DNA of 59,749 nucleotides from Armatimonadota bacterium. GTDB taxonomy: Bacteria > Armatimonadota > Fimbriimonadia > Fimbriimonadales > Fimbriimonadaceae. Shown here piece after piece: positions 1-9,637 of this stretch; within the stretch, counting starts at the first letter, position 1; every line of letters begins with the position of its first letter. The translations under genes and the position numbers were made by a program. The stretch covers positions 62,001 to 121,749 of the forward strand of contig JANNQV010000045.1 of NCBI GenBank assembly GCA_031400935.1, read 5' to 3'. The notes under the pieces were generated by a model. The model saw only the letters and a list, made by a program, of their open reading frames with translations, was not told the origin of the DNA and searched no databases.

Positions 1-272
1 CCGAGATCAATCTTAACATCTCTTACAATTCCAGTTGCCGATTCGCCAAGTCGCATTTTGAGTCGAAATTCGCTACAAACTTGGGGCGCATAAAAGCCGT
101 AACTAGTCCCAGAAGGCAAAAACTGCGAAAGTGATGCCAAATTGCCTTTAGGGGGAGCAAGAATTTGAGTATCTTTGCGGACAAAGGCAAGAGCATCTGA
201 AAAGCCGACCGAAGCTGAATATGTAGCTAGCACCAAAGTTGCAGACAATAACAATGCTAGCACGAAACGCAC
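1..272 (-). CDS. Partial secreted/membrane hypothetical protein (runs off left edge)
   Basis: Read by hand: AAGGAGG RBS, then GTG at 272, MRFVLALLLSATLVLATYSASVG... with a hydrophobic N-terminus; open to position 1. Not in the ORF track. Confidence 0.6.
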   Translation of the reverse strand, partial: MRFVLALLLSATLVLATYSASVGFSDALAFVRKDTQILAPPKGNLASLSQFLPSGTSYGFYAPQVCSEFRLKMRLGESATGIVRDVKIDL

Positions 273-308
273 TTGCGCCTCCTTGCTTTTTATGAAGTCA
301 ACAGACAA

Positions 309-857
309 TCATTGCCCCGCGCCAATCTCCCTTGCGCCAGTTTCGTACCATTGTCTCAGCTGAGTTCCACGAGCTTTTGCCTTCGCCCTTAGCTCATATG
401 ATTTCACAGAAATGTCCTTGGGTGCAACGATGCCGTTGATACCATTTTGAGAAATGGTGACTTCAGCCGCTCTTCCAAGTTCGTTTGTAAATAGCTCCTC
501 TAAGAAAAGTGCCTCCGCAGGCGTCAAGGGTCGAATCGGAAATTGACTACTTCGCGAAGCCGGAATTTTGTAGATGTACTTTTGGAAATAGTCGGTAAGG
601 ACTGTTTCACTGATAACAGTTCCGCCCTTTTTTGTCGCTACGCGGCTATCGTTTGCCGCTTCATTTAAGACGGCCATGGCTACGGGCCGAAATCGCCTGT
701 CGCCCGATTGCAGCGTGTCGTTGCCAAGGAGCGAAGTAACTCCAACAGAGTTTGACTGTAGCCTGCCCGATTCGCCTAGTTGGGAAAGCACGATCGTAGA
801 GATGGCGGCTCCAAAGACAACCGCAATTCCGATTCGCATAAAGGATGTGTTTTTCAT
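309..857 (-). CDS. Hypothetical exported/membrane-anchored protein
   Basis: 182-aa ORF with N-terminal hydrophobic helix; co-oriented with the partial gene downstream. Confidence 0.6.
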   Translation of the reverse strand: MKNTSFMRIGIAVVFGAAISTIVLSQLGESGRLQSNSVGVTSLLGNDTLQSGDRRFRPVAMAVLNEAANDSRVATKKGGTVISETVLTDYFQKYIYKIPASRSSQFPIRPLTPAEALFLEELFTNELGRAAEVTISQNGINGIVAPKDISVKSYELRAKAKARGTQLRQWYETGAREIGAGQ

Positions 858-1008
858 GGTTACAGTTTTAGACGGTCAGATTGTTGGTTCGCATCTTCGT
901 GTGGCTGCACTTTCGTTAAACACACTGGAAAGCGAATTGAAAAGTGAACCAACAATCGTATAAAGGCTTTGAATTTCGCAAGCTCAGGAGTCCCGTTTGT
1001 TCAATTAC

Positions 1009-1271
1009 TTATTGACCAAGCAACTTCGACTGCGAGTATTCAAGATGAATTAGTATTAACGATGCAGGAAAGGCGACAAGTTTTTGCGTGGGTCGATCTG
1101 ACTTACGTTCAAAATTGCCGACACAATTTGGACATTTGCTTAGCGGCTCTCTTTTTCAGAACAATAGTTACAAAACGTACACTCAAAGCTTCAGATCGTT
1201 TGATTCGCAAAATCTGCCGGAAGATCGCAGTCGCACATTTCGCAATTGGGTCTCAATTTCAACTTATTCAT
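1009..1271 (-). pseudogene. DUF1272 family Cys-rich protein, disrupted
   Basis: MNKLKLRPNCEMCDCDLP...TI*SFECTFCNYCSEK matches the DUF1272 pattern (LRPNCExCD..LP..ICSFECTFC). TGA at 1191-1193, TAA at 1140-1142; the rest (LSKCPNCVGNF...RP..FPAS) continues in another frame to TAA 1009-1011. Confidence 0.7.
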
Positions 1272-1342
1272 TCCATCTCGAAGCAACATGAAGTCAACTG
1301 TTGAAGGGAAACCGAGTTCAAGGGTCGAATAACTAGAATCAA

Positions 1343-2008
1343 ATGGATTTGGATTCTCCAATAACTCGGGTCTCAGTTCAAGGTTGGCCTGGGGCAGCCG
1401 CACCTGACCTCCTCGCCATTGGACTTTGCCGCGATGAAAACGACCTGGTTGATGCTGAAGTTCGGGGAAGGGATTTGGCTCGTAGCCTAGGCGGAATACA
1501 TGCAATAACTGACCTTTCCAGGGAAAGGCTTCAGCAGTTTTCAGGACTCGATGACTTGGAGATCTTTCGATGCTTGGCTTGGCTCGAACTTGGACGAAGA
1601 ACGAATCAATCCGGCAAAGGCGACCGAGCTTCAGTGATGGTTGCAGCGGATGTTGCACATTTGCTAAGACATCTTCAGAACGAGAAGCAAGAGCACTTTA
1701 TAATCGTGCTGCTTGACGCAAAAAACACTCTCATTAAGTGGTCAACGATTCACATTGGAACCCTGACAACCTCGCTTGTGGGTCCACGAGAGGTGTTTCG
1801 TGAGGCTATTCGGGAAGGCGCTTGCAGCATGATTCTTGCCCACAATCACCCTTCTGGCGACCCCGACCCAAGTCCGGAAGACATTTCGATTACGAAGAAG
1901 CTTGACGAACTTGGAAAGTTGCTCGACATTCGAGTTTGGGACCACGTAATCATCGGCTTCAATCGGTTTGCGAGTCTGCGCGAACTCGGCTTTTTAGACA
2001 CAAAGTGA
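1343..2008 (+). CDS. radC: RadC family JAB/MPN domain protein
   Basis: QEHF..LLD.KN, PREVF, AHNHPSGDPDPSPED and DHVII motifs. Confidence 0.92.
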   Translation: MDLDSPITRVSVQGWPGAAAPDLLAIGLCRDENDLVDAEVRGRDLARSLGGIHAITDLSRERLQQFSGLDDLEIFRCLAWLELGRRTNQSGKGDRASVMVAADVAHLLRHLQNEKQEHFIIVLLDAKNTLIKWSTIHIGTLTTSLVGPREVFREAIREGACSMILAHNHPSGDPDPSPEDISITKKLDELGKLLDIRVWDHVIIGFNRFASLRELGFLDTK

Positions 2009-2028
2009 AAAGCGGCATTTGGATTTCA

Positions 2029-2060
2029 GTTGTCGGTTGTCGGTTATTGGTTGTTGGTTG
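2029..2060. repeat. Heptamer tandem repeat (GTTGTCG/GTTATTG/GTTGTTG)
   Basis: Four to five 7-nt units just after the radC stop. Confidence 0.75.
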
Positions 2061-2069
2061 GAAACCCAT

Positions 2070-2882
2070 TTAGCGGTCTGCCCAATAGCCCGTGCTTTGC
2101 TCTCCAAGCTTTTCGATCCTTGCATCTTCAGACTGAATTCGCCCCCTACGTCCTGAGGCGAACAACACATGGATTCGCGTTTCATGCCGAGCAGGCCCCA
2201 TAGGTTGAAATTTGCCATTCGTCGTTTCTTGAAATGCGAGTCGAGTTGCGAATCTGGAATTGGGAGTCATCTCTACGTTGCCATCGTCCCAGCCAATCAC
2301 GGAACCGTCTGGCGCCACAGGATATGGCTTGGGATTGAAGCTTGAATTAGATCCGTGATTGCTAGTTTCTGCGATGAGAATAGCTTGCTCAGGGTTTTGA
2401 AGCAGCGATTCCGGCCATCCTGAACGAGGCAAATACATTCCGTAAGTTGAATTGATCGTTGTATGCGTCTCTTCAGGATGTAAGTTTGAGGCATATTCTT
2501 CAGCCAATGCGCTTGGACAAACAAAACTTGCCCTTTTTTCGAAACCTCCGTAAATCTGTGAGATCCAAGTATGAGGTGCTTCGACTCTTCCCGATTGAAT
2601 CATCATTGGTTGATGATCCGAGGTTTCCACAAAAGCTGGAGGAAACCGGCCATTGTTCGTTTCCATGTAAACGCCCATCGCTTTTTGAATTTGGGCTAAG
2701 TTTTGATCGCAAATGGCTTCTTGTGCTTGCTTCAATTGTTTCGAATATAGCATCCAGATTACGATCGAAACTGGAATAAGGAAAATCGCTAGAATCTTCC
2801 AATCCTTTTTACCGACGTAAGTTGACCGAGGGCGCTCCTCGGTTTCCGAAGCGTCGTATGGATCCGCCATTAAGAAGATCAC
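2070..2882 (-). CDS. Pilin-like/DUF1559-related membrane-anchored protein
   Basis: TM helix, then AQEAIC..NL.QI..AM..Y...N.G.FP, a F.CPS motif and C-terminal RH...IHVLFASG resembling H-X9-DG. Confidence 0.6.
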   Translation of the reverse strand: MIFLMADPYDASETEERPRSTYVGKKDWKILAIFLIPVSIVIWMLYSKQLKQAQEAICDQNLAQIQKAMGVYMETNNGRFPPAFVETSDHQPMMIQSGRVEAPHTWISQIYGGFEKRASFVCPSALAEEYASNLHPEETHTTINSTYGMYLPRSGWPESLLQNPEQAILIAETSNHGSNSSFNPKPYPVAPDGSVIGWDDGNVEMTPNSRFATRLAFQETTNGKFQPMGPARHETRIHVLFASGRRGRIQSEDARIEKLGEQSTGYWADR

Positions 2883-3859
2883 CGATTAGTACTCGCTTGG
2901 GAATCGGGAGGAAACGCTTGCTTTGGCTTTAAATAGTGATCTTCGAGGGTTTTTTGCAGCAAGGCACCGTCAAGATTCAGGTTCGTTCCGCTGCCTTCGA
3001 AAACAGGCAACGTGCCCATCTTAACATTGTCGCTGCCGATTTTCCGCATAAACGAGCTAAGTGCTGCAACTTCATCGGGCTGTAGTGCTCCACCGAAAAG
3101 TTCAGTTGCCTTTTTGACCACGGCGGGAAGAATTGCAGGTTGTGACATGACGGATTGTTTGAACGAGAGCATCAAATCTCGTTGCCGCTCGATTCGCGAA
3201 AAATCGCTATCCGACTTTCGAAAGCGAATAAAGCCCATTGCGTCCACTCCAGAAAGTGTGTGGCGACCTGGCGTCAAGTGAATGTGCAGATCGCCAGCAT
3301 TGTCGTCGTAGTCCATCTTTTTGCCGACATAAACTGAAACACCACCCACTAAGTCAATCATGTTTTGAAAGGCTTTGTAGTTCAACACTAAGACGCGATC
3401 AATTCGCACATCTAACAAATTCTCAACGACGTCCTTTGTAAGATCTGGACCACCAATCGCATGGTAAGCGTTGATCTTGTGACCTCGATAGCCCGGATGG
3501 GAAACCCATAAATCGCGAGGAATTGAAACGCCACCTACACGGTTGCTTTCAAAATCGAGTTTGACAATCAGCATCATGTCGCTTCGAGCTGCATCGTTCA
3601 GAACTTTGATTCCTCGGTAATAGCGGTCTTCGTCGCACCCTAATACAAGCAGGGTCATTTCAGTCGAATCAAAGACTGTTTTGGGTTCAACTCTTCGGAT
3701 TCCAGCTTGATCAAGGATAATCGCTCGTAAAGTCGGATCAAAGTTTGCCCAACCCGATATCGAGCCCATTCCTAGGGCGAGAACACAGACTAATGCGTAC
3801 CATGAGACGCCCAAAATTCGGCGCCACAGTGTTTTTGGTTGAGGGGTCTGATTGGCCAT
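2879..3859 (-). CDS. LCP (LytR-CpsA-Psr) family protein
   Basis: LVLGCD, RSDMML, SIPRD, KINAY, RFR..SDF.RIERQ motifs; N-terminal TM helix. Confidence 0.92.
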   Translation of the reverse strand: MANQTPQPKTLWRRILGVSWYALVCVLALGMGSISGWANFDPTLRAIILDQAGIRRVEPKTVFDSTEMTLLVLGCDEDRYYRGIKVLNDAARSDMMLIVKLDFESNRVGGVSIPRDLWVSHPGYRGHKINAYHAIGGPDLTKDVVENLLDVRIDRVLVLNYKAFQNMIDLVGGVSVYVGKKMDYDDNAGDLHIHLTPGRHTLSGVDAMGFIRFRKSDSDFSRIERQRDLMLSFKQSVMSQPAILPAVVKKATELFGGALQPDEVAALSSFMRKIGSDNVKMGTLPVFEGSGTNLNLDGALLQKTLEDHYLKPKQAFPPDSQASTNR

Positions 3860-3953
3860 AAAATCAGTCAGCGAAATCGTTTAACGGAGACTCTATTATG
3901 ACATAACGTTGAATCTGTCAAATTCGATCCCAAACAGGGCGAAAAGTTGTTTG

Positions 3954-4093
3954 GCTGATGGTTTTTGGTTGTCGGTTGTCGGTTGTCGGTTGTCGGTTGT
4001 CGGTTGTTGGTTGTTGGTTGACCGCTCTCCGCTCTCGACATTCAGTATTCAGCACTCCGCACTCCGCACTACACACTACACACTACACACTAT
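3954..4093. repeat. Array of 20 in-register, progressively changing heptamers
   Basis: gctgatg gtttttg (gttgtcg)x5 (gttgttg)x2 gttgacc gctctcc gctctcg acattca gtattca (gcactcc)x2 gcactac (acactac)x2 acactat. Confidence 0.9.
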
Positions 4094-5433
4094 CAGCCCC
4101 CGCCGCCAAAGCCCAACATTCGTCGGCGCGGAGTTTTGACCCCATCAACGGTATAGCCGCAAATGAGAAGCATCATTTCATCCGTAGTTTGCTCGCCCCA
4201 TGTGACATTTTTGGGAGGATTGCTTGGGTTGTTTGGATTCTTCAGTGAATTGTCATAAACCGAAGTGATGCGAATTGTTGAACCCTTTGGAATTTTCATC
4301 GGCTCCTTGAACATGTAACTCATTTGCCAATTGAAGTCCCAATCATCCACAAACACCAATGGCTTTTTCGTACCATCTGGGAATTCAACATCCGCCTTCA
4401 TAGATTTTGCAAGCAGGTGCATGTGAGGCATGGCGTTGTAAACAGTAACGTCGGCTGGAATGGGGTATGCCATAGTCTGAACGCTGTTCGCATCGTTAGC
4501 TAGAATTCGAATGCTCGGCTTTGCGAGCCATGCCAATGCCATTGTCTGAACAACTGGCTCTTTCGCAAAATAGAGGCCCAATTTGGTTTGATCAGTTTCG
4601 GGCTTTCCGGTCTTGTGATAATGAACTTCCATTACAACCGTTGTGCCAGGCTTGAGTTCAAAAGCGATTCCTTCTGGAGTCTTTTGCACGTTTAGTCCGG
4701 GAGCCCAGCCTCCAAACGAACCATCAGGTACAAACCCCGGCCCGCCAAATGTGTTGTAGCCATCTTGGCCGTCTTTGGCATTCAACTTGTGAGATTTTCC
4801 TGTCTCGTCTAGATAAGCAATCACGTGATGCACAATTTGTTTGTTTCCTGGACTAACGGCCATTGCTTTGACCCATTTCGTATCAGTGAAATTAGTCTTC
4901 AAAATAAAATGGCGGTAAACGTCGGCACCCTCTGCTTCAAGATTGTATTTTGAGTCTGGCGTCAAGATTAGATCGGGAGTTCCTAAAGACCATGGGCCCA
5001 CCGGTAAATCCGGCGTTTTTGGTTCCTTCTTTGCATCGCCGCGAGGCGCACTTGCTTCGTTCCAACGATGAATGGTTTCGATTTCTGAATCCGAAAGCCG
5101 ATTTTCGTCACGAAACTCGTTGTAGCCCTTGACCGCTTTCCAAGGCGGCATTTTCTTGTTTTTGGCGACAAAATCAATCATTGGTGCCCATTTTTTGGCA
5201 TTTTCGAAACCAATAAGAGAAAACGGGGCGACTTCGCCTGGCCGATGGCATCCGATGCAAGCCCTGTCGAGAATTGGTTTTACATGCTCAGCGTAATTCA
5301 CTTTTGATTGTGAAATCGGTGCCAGTTTCTTTATCACAGGTGCCGGCGCAAATGCCGAACTAGCTAGTCCGACAAAGACGACCGAACACGCGATGCCGAA
5401 TGGGATAACAATTTTTAGTCCTTTATGAGCCAT
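4093..5433 (-). CDS. Cytochrome c / copper type II ascorbate-dependent monooxygenase-like protein
   Basis: CIGCH heme motif, MPPW, VHH, MEVHYH, PHMH, WDFNWQ and DEM motifs. Start chosen at ATG 5433, ahead of a signal-like segment; ORF track start is 5517. Confidence 0.8.
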   Translation of the reverse strand: MAHKGLKIVIPFGIACSVVFVGLASSAFAPAPVIKKLAPISQSKVNYAEHVKPILDRACIGCHRPGEVAPFSLIGFENAKKWAPMIDFVAKNKKMPPWKAVKGYNEFRDENRLSDSEIETIHRWNEASAPRGDAKKEPKTPDLPVGPWSLGTPDLILTPDSKYNLEAEGADVYRHFILKTNFTDTKWVKAMAVSPGNKQIVHHVIAYLDETGKSHKLNAKDGQDGYNTFGGPGFVPDGSFGGWAPGLNVQKTPEGIAFELKPGTTVVMEVHYHKTGKPETDQTKLGLYFAKEPVVQTMALAWLAKPSIRILANDANSVQTMAYPIPADVTVYNAMPHMHLLAKSMKADVEFPDGTKKPLVFVDDWDFNWQMSYMFKEPMKIPKGSTIRITSVYDNSLKNPNNPSNPPKNVTWGEQTTDEMMLLICGYTVDGVKTPRRRMLGFGGGG

Positions 5434-5519
5434 TTGATTCGTCCTTTCGATAACAGGTTCGTCAATTCTATCCTGAATGACGTTGCTGAGGTGTATTCGT
5501 TCATCAGGAATTTTCAAGA

Positions 5520-6263
5520 ATGGATCAAGGTCGCATTTTAGTCACAGGTTCTTCAAGAGGAATCGGAAAGGCAATTGCCCTCCGTTTGGCTCAAGATGGT
5601 TGGGACGTTGCCATTCATTTTTCGGGACATCGAGATGAAGCTGAAAAAGTAGTGAGGCAGCTTGGCAAGAGGGCTTCCGGAATCTACAATGCCGATCTTG
5701 TTGATTCAAAAGCTGGAAAAAGCCTTTTTGCAGCGGCATTGAAGGATGGGCCGATAAATGCTTTAGTGAACAATGCAGGGGTTTATCTTCCGCTTGACTT
5801 TGCCGATTCAGGAGATGCATCTTTTGAAGCAAACTGGCACAAAACATTTGCGATAAATTTTGATTCGCCCGTTGTTTTGATTCGAGCAGCCGTCAAACAT
5901 TTCCAGAATTCGGGCGGTGGAAAAATCCTCAATGTTTGTAGCCGCGTCGGCTTCAAGGGCGAGGGAGGAGCGGCTCTGTACGCGGCTTCAAAAGCCGCAT
6001 TAATCAATATCACTCGTAGCCTTTCAGTCGAACTTGCACCTAAGAACATACGACTTTTCGGAATTGCACCTGGTTGGGTGGATACGGCTATGGCGCGAGA
6101 GGGAATGCAACAAAAGGAATCTGAAATTTTGGCTGGCATTCCATTGGGGCGTATGGGAGCGCCAAGCGATTGCGCCGCCGCCGCTGCATTTTTGCTTTCT
6201 GCGGAAGCAGATTATTTAAGCGGAACGGTTCTGGACATTAATGGCGCAAGCTATTTTCACTAA
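5520..6263 (+). CDS. SDR family NAD(P)-dependent oxidoreductase
   Basis: TGSSRGIG, NNAG, YAASK motifs. Confidence 0.93.
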   Translation: MDQGRILVTGSSRGIGKAIALRLAQDGWDVAIHFSGHRDEAEKVVRQLGKRASGIYNADLVDSKAGKSLFAAALKDGPINALVNNAGVYLPLDFADSGDASFEANWHKTFAINFDSPVVLIRAAVKHFQNSGGGKILNVCSRVGFKGEGGAALYAASKAALINITRSLSVELAPKNIRLFGIAPGWVDTAMAREGMQQKESEILAGIPLGRMGAPSDCAAAAAFLLSAEADYLSGTVLDINGASYFH

Positions 6264-6293
6264 AAGCGTCCAAAACGCGATAAGATAGTAACA

Positions 6294-9278
6294 ATGCGTA
6301 CGATGTGGTTTTTGATTGCGGCTCTACCTGGAGTCTTTGCGATTGTTGGTTCAAAAGACAACCAAACTCAAAAGATCGATTTTGCGAAGCAAGTGATCCC
6401 GATCTTTCGAGCCAAGTGCTTCGCTTGCCACTCTGGGGCTGGGGCAAGCGGCAGTCTTGCGCTCGATACGCCTACAGGAATTCAGAAAGGCGGAGTTTCG
6501 GGGAAGCTTTGGGTTGCTGGAGAGCCTGCTCAGTCGCTCTTGATGAAACGGCTTAAAGGCGAAGACTGGCTTCCACAGATGCCGATGGGGTTTGCTCCAC
6601 TTACGGCGATTGAATTGGAAACCATCAGCAGTTGGATAGATTCAGGCGCTTCTTTTTCAAGCAATTCTTCGATTCATTGGGCATATCAAGCTCCGAAACT
6701 CCCGATTTTTCCATCGGTCAAGAATTCTAAGTGGGTCCGAAATCCAATTGATCGTCTGGTGTTGTCTAGGCTCGAAAAGGAAGGGTTAAGGCCATCGCAA
6801 GTGGCAACAAAGGAAACTCTGTACCGGCGAGTGTTTCTCGATCTGATTGGAATTCCACCCCTTCCCTATATGGTTGAGAGATTCATGAAAGACAACCGCC
6901 CTGATGCCTACGAAAGGACGGTGGATATGCTTTTGATGAATGAGCATTACGGTGAAAAGCAAGCAAGATGGTGGCTCGATCTGGCGCATTACGCCGATAC
7001 CAATGGATTTGAAGCCGATCGAACTCGAACGATGTGGCCGTACCGTGATTGGGTGATCAACGCCCTCAACAAGAATATGCCCTATGACCGATTTTCGATT
7101 GAACAGATTGCCGGAGACCTGCTTCCAAAGCCCAATCAAGACCAACTCATCGCAACAGGTTTCTATCGCAATGCAATGACGAACGAAGAAGGGGGAGTTG
7201 ATCCAGACGAAGCCATGTATGAAGTTATCAACGACCGTGTGGCGACGACTTCAACCGTTTGGATGGGTTCAACTTTGCAATGCGCCCGCTGCCACGACCA
7301 CAAATACGACCCGTTTACTCAAAAAGACTACTTCCAAATGTACGCCTTTTTTGGGAACAACAAATTCGACCGCCAAGGCGACGCGAAAGTGGGGCAATCG
7401 AAGTATTACGAGCCTTTTTTGAAAGTGCCAACGATCAAACAATCGGTTCGCCTTAACGAAATCAGTGCTGAAATAAAAGTCTTAGGGGAGAAAATAAGTG
7501 TTCAAAATCAAGGGAAAGATGCTTTTTGGAAAAGGTGGACATTGCCAAACGTTGAACTTCCGGCTTGGGTTTCCGATTGGAACGCATCTTTTTCGACAAA
7601 TCCGCCTGTCGAATCGAAGGTTGACTCAGGTGTCGTGGAACTTAATGGCGCGAACCCAGATCAGGTTACGTACACCTGGAAACAAAGTGTCGGTCGGCTT
7701 CGCAAAGTCACTGGGATGATCATAGAAGTTCATCCCCAGCCGTCTCTTGTCAATAAGGGCCCAGGACGCTCAAGTTCAGGCAATTTCATCCTCTCGAAAT
7801 TGAGAATCAAGATTGACAGTAAGGAGCATAAACCCGACTTCTCGTTAGCAGATTTCGAACAGAGTGGCTACAAAGTCGAAAATTGTTTTGACGAAAACAC
7901 GGAAACAGGGTGGGCTGTTTCGCCGCAATACGGCAAACCTCATCAATTGATTTGTTGGTTCATAAATCCAATCATCGTGAAGGAAAGTTCTAAAGCAGAA
8001 ATTGAAATGGAGTTTGGGTCGAAACAGTGGGTAAGACATTCGGTTGGCAGATTCTGGGTTTCGTTGACCGACCATTCCTTTCCAGGAATTCAAATTCTGT
8101 TACCGCAAGCGGTGAATTTGCGGTCTTCCGGCAAGGATAAAGAGGCAGCGGATTTACTGTCTCGTTTCGATCCAGAAAGTTACGAACTGTCTGTGCAAAT
8201 CGGTAGGCTCGAACAAGAATCTGCTGAACTCCAAACGGCTGTTCCGACCACGTTAGTATTGTCGGAAAACAAGCCTGCCAAAGAGTTAAAGGCAACTATA
8301 CGGGAGCGGGGCGAGTTTTTATCAAAGGGGCCGGATGTTGTAGCGAATACGCCAATGTTCCTTCCAACGTTTCCCTCCTCAGTTCCCAAGAATAGACTTG
8401 GATTGGCCAAGTGGCTAATCAGCCTGCAAAATCCATTGGCCGCAAGAGTGCAAGTCAACCGAATGTGGGAACAAATTTTTGGCCGAGGACTTGTCGAGAC
8501 GGTTGAAGATTTTGGCACTCAATCTTCTCCTCCATCGAACAAAGAATTACTTGATTACCTTGCTGTAAAATTCATGAAATCGGGATGGGATATGAAGGCG
8601 ATGTACCGGCTTATCGTGACTTCATCTACTTACCGGCAGTCCTCTGTAGCTACAAAAGAGTTGATTATGAAAGACCCTTTGAACCTACTGCTTGCACGGG
8701 GGCCGAGATTTCGTCTCGAGGCAGAGGCCATTCGAGATGTCATCTTATTTGCTTCTGGACAACTCGATATGACCATTGGCGGACCAAGTGTGTTTCCTCC
8801 TCAGCCGGAAGGGATTTGGGACAGTCCATACAGCGATGAAAAGTGGATAGAGAGCAAGGATCGTCAAAAATATAGGAGGGGACTGTATACATTTTTGAAA
8901 CGAACGGCCGCCTATCCGAGCTTCACGGCCTTTGATGCCACAAGCCGAGAGGAATGTGCACCACGCAGAATTCGGACCAACACGCCACTACAGGCCCTCA
9001 TTCTGATGAATGATCCAATTTATTTGGAAGCCGCTCAAAACTTGGCTGCGATGTCCTTTCGCGGGCGAGGGTACAGCAGCATCGTCCAGCCTAAACTAGC
9101 AGTCGAGTTCATGTTTTTTCGTGCGACTTGCCGAAAACCCACCGTTTCCGAAACCGAGCGACTGATCAAACTTTACGAGATTGGCAAGTCAAAACCTGGA
9201 AAGGGCGCTGAATTTCGAGGTCTCCTAGTGGTCGCAAACGCAATTCTAAATCTTGATGAAACGGTGACAAAGTCATGA
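6294..9278 (+). CDS. PSD1/Planctomycete cytochrome c domain protein (PSCyt1 + DUF1549 + DUF1553)
   Basis: CFACH, NPID, WLDLAHYADTNG, CARCHDHKYDP, ARVQVNRMW, NTPLQAL motifs. Confidence 0.9.
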   Translation: MRTMWFLIAALPGVFAIVGSKDNQTQKIDFAKQVIPIFRAKCFACHSGAGASGSLALDTPTGIQKGGVSGKLWVAGEPAQSLLMKRLKGEDWLPQMPMGFAPLTAIELETISSWIDSGASFSSNSSIHWAYQAPKLPIFPSVKNSKWVRNPIDRLVLSRLEKEGLRPSQVATKETLYRRVFLDLIGIPPLPYMVERFMKDNRPDAYERTVDMLLMNEHYGEKQARWWLDLAHYADTNGFEADRTRTMWPYRDWVINALNKNMPYDRFSIEQIAGDLLPKPNQDQLIATGFYRNAMTNEEGGVDPDEAMYEVINDRVATTSTVWMGSTLQCARCHDHKYDPFTQKDYFQMYAFFGNNKFDRQGDAKVGQSKYYEPFLKVPTIKQSVRLNEISAEIKVLGEKISVQNQGKDAFWKRWTLPNVELPAWVSDWNASFSTNPPVESKVDSGVVELNGANPDQVTYTWKQSVGRLRKVTGMIIEVHPQPSLVNKGPGRSSSGNFILSKLRIKIDSKEHKPDFSLADFEQSGYKVENCFDENTETGWAVSPQYGKPHQLICWFINPIIVKESSKAEIEMEFGSKQWVRHSVGRFWVSLTDHSFPGIQILLPQAVNLRSSGKDKEAADLLSRFDPESYELSVQIGRLEQESAELQTAVPTTLVLSENKPAKELKATIRERGEFLSKGPDVVANTPMFLPTFPSSVPKNRLGLAKWLISLQNPLAARVQVNRMWEQIFGRGLVETVEDFGTQSSPPSNKELLDYLAVKFMKSGWDMKAMYRLIVTSSTYRQSSVATKELIMKDPLNLLLARGPRFRLEAEAIRDVILFASGQLDMTIGGPSVFPPQPEGIWDSPYSDEKWIESKDRQKYRRGLYTFLKRTAAYPSFTAFDATSREECAPRRIRTNTPLQALILMNDPIYLEAAQNLAAMSFRGRGYSSIVQPKLAVEFMFFRATCRKPTVSETERLIKLYEIGKSKPGKGAEFRGLLVVANAILNLDETVTKS

Positions 9279-9637
9279 CAGATGTTGTCAACATTGAAGA
9301 GAAATTCGCTATGATTCAAGACCATTGGTCGCCCAAAGTTTTGGCTCAGTTAAATGGCCAAATGGTTAAGGCTGTTCGTTTTCAAGGAGAATTTGTGTGG
9401 CATCATCACGAAAACGAGGATGAGCTCTTTTTCGTCATACGGGGTTCAATGACGATGAAATTCCGGGATCGAGAATGCAAACTTAACGAAGGCGAAATGA
9501 TTGTGGTTCCCCGTGGTGTAGAACATTGTCCAGTAGCCGATGAGGAGTGCTGGATTGTGCTATTTGAACCTGAATCAACGTTGAACACAGGGAATGTTTA
9601 TAACGAACTGACCAAAAAGGACTTGGAGCTGATATGA
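9275..9637 (+). CDS. Cupin domain protein
   Basis: [14 protein letters not shown] and [13 protein letters not shown] overlaps with both neighbours. Confidence 0.88.
   Translation: MTDVVNIEEKFAMIQDHWSPKVLAQLNGQMVKAVRFQGEFVWHHHENEDELFFVIRGSMTMKFRDRECKLNEGEMIVVPRGVEHCPVADEECWIVLFEPESTLNTGNVYNELTKKDLELI

Noticed and set aside
1191..1193. Second TGA at a conserved Cys position (DUF1272) as selenocysteine
   Set aside because: An in-frame TAA follows 17 codons later and a frameshift is needed to recover the C-terminus; pseudogene decay is the simpler explanation.
1343..2008. radC as a mobile-element or CBASS-type JAB gene
   Set aside because: It is a full-length chromosomal-type RadC with no defence or mobile neighbours.
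3909..4248. ORFs with VVGCRLS/HSALRT repeats (also 29551-29953, 24214-24456, 56595-57179)
   Set aside because: These are translations of non-coding heptamer tracts or antisense shadows of real genes.
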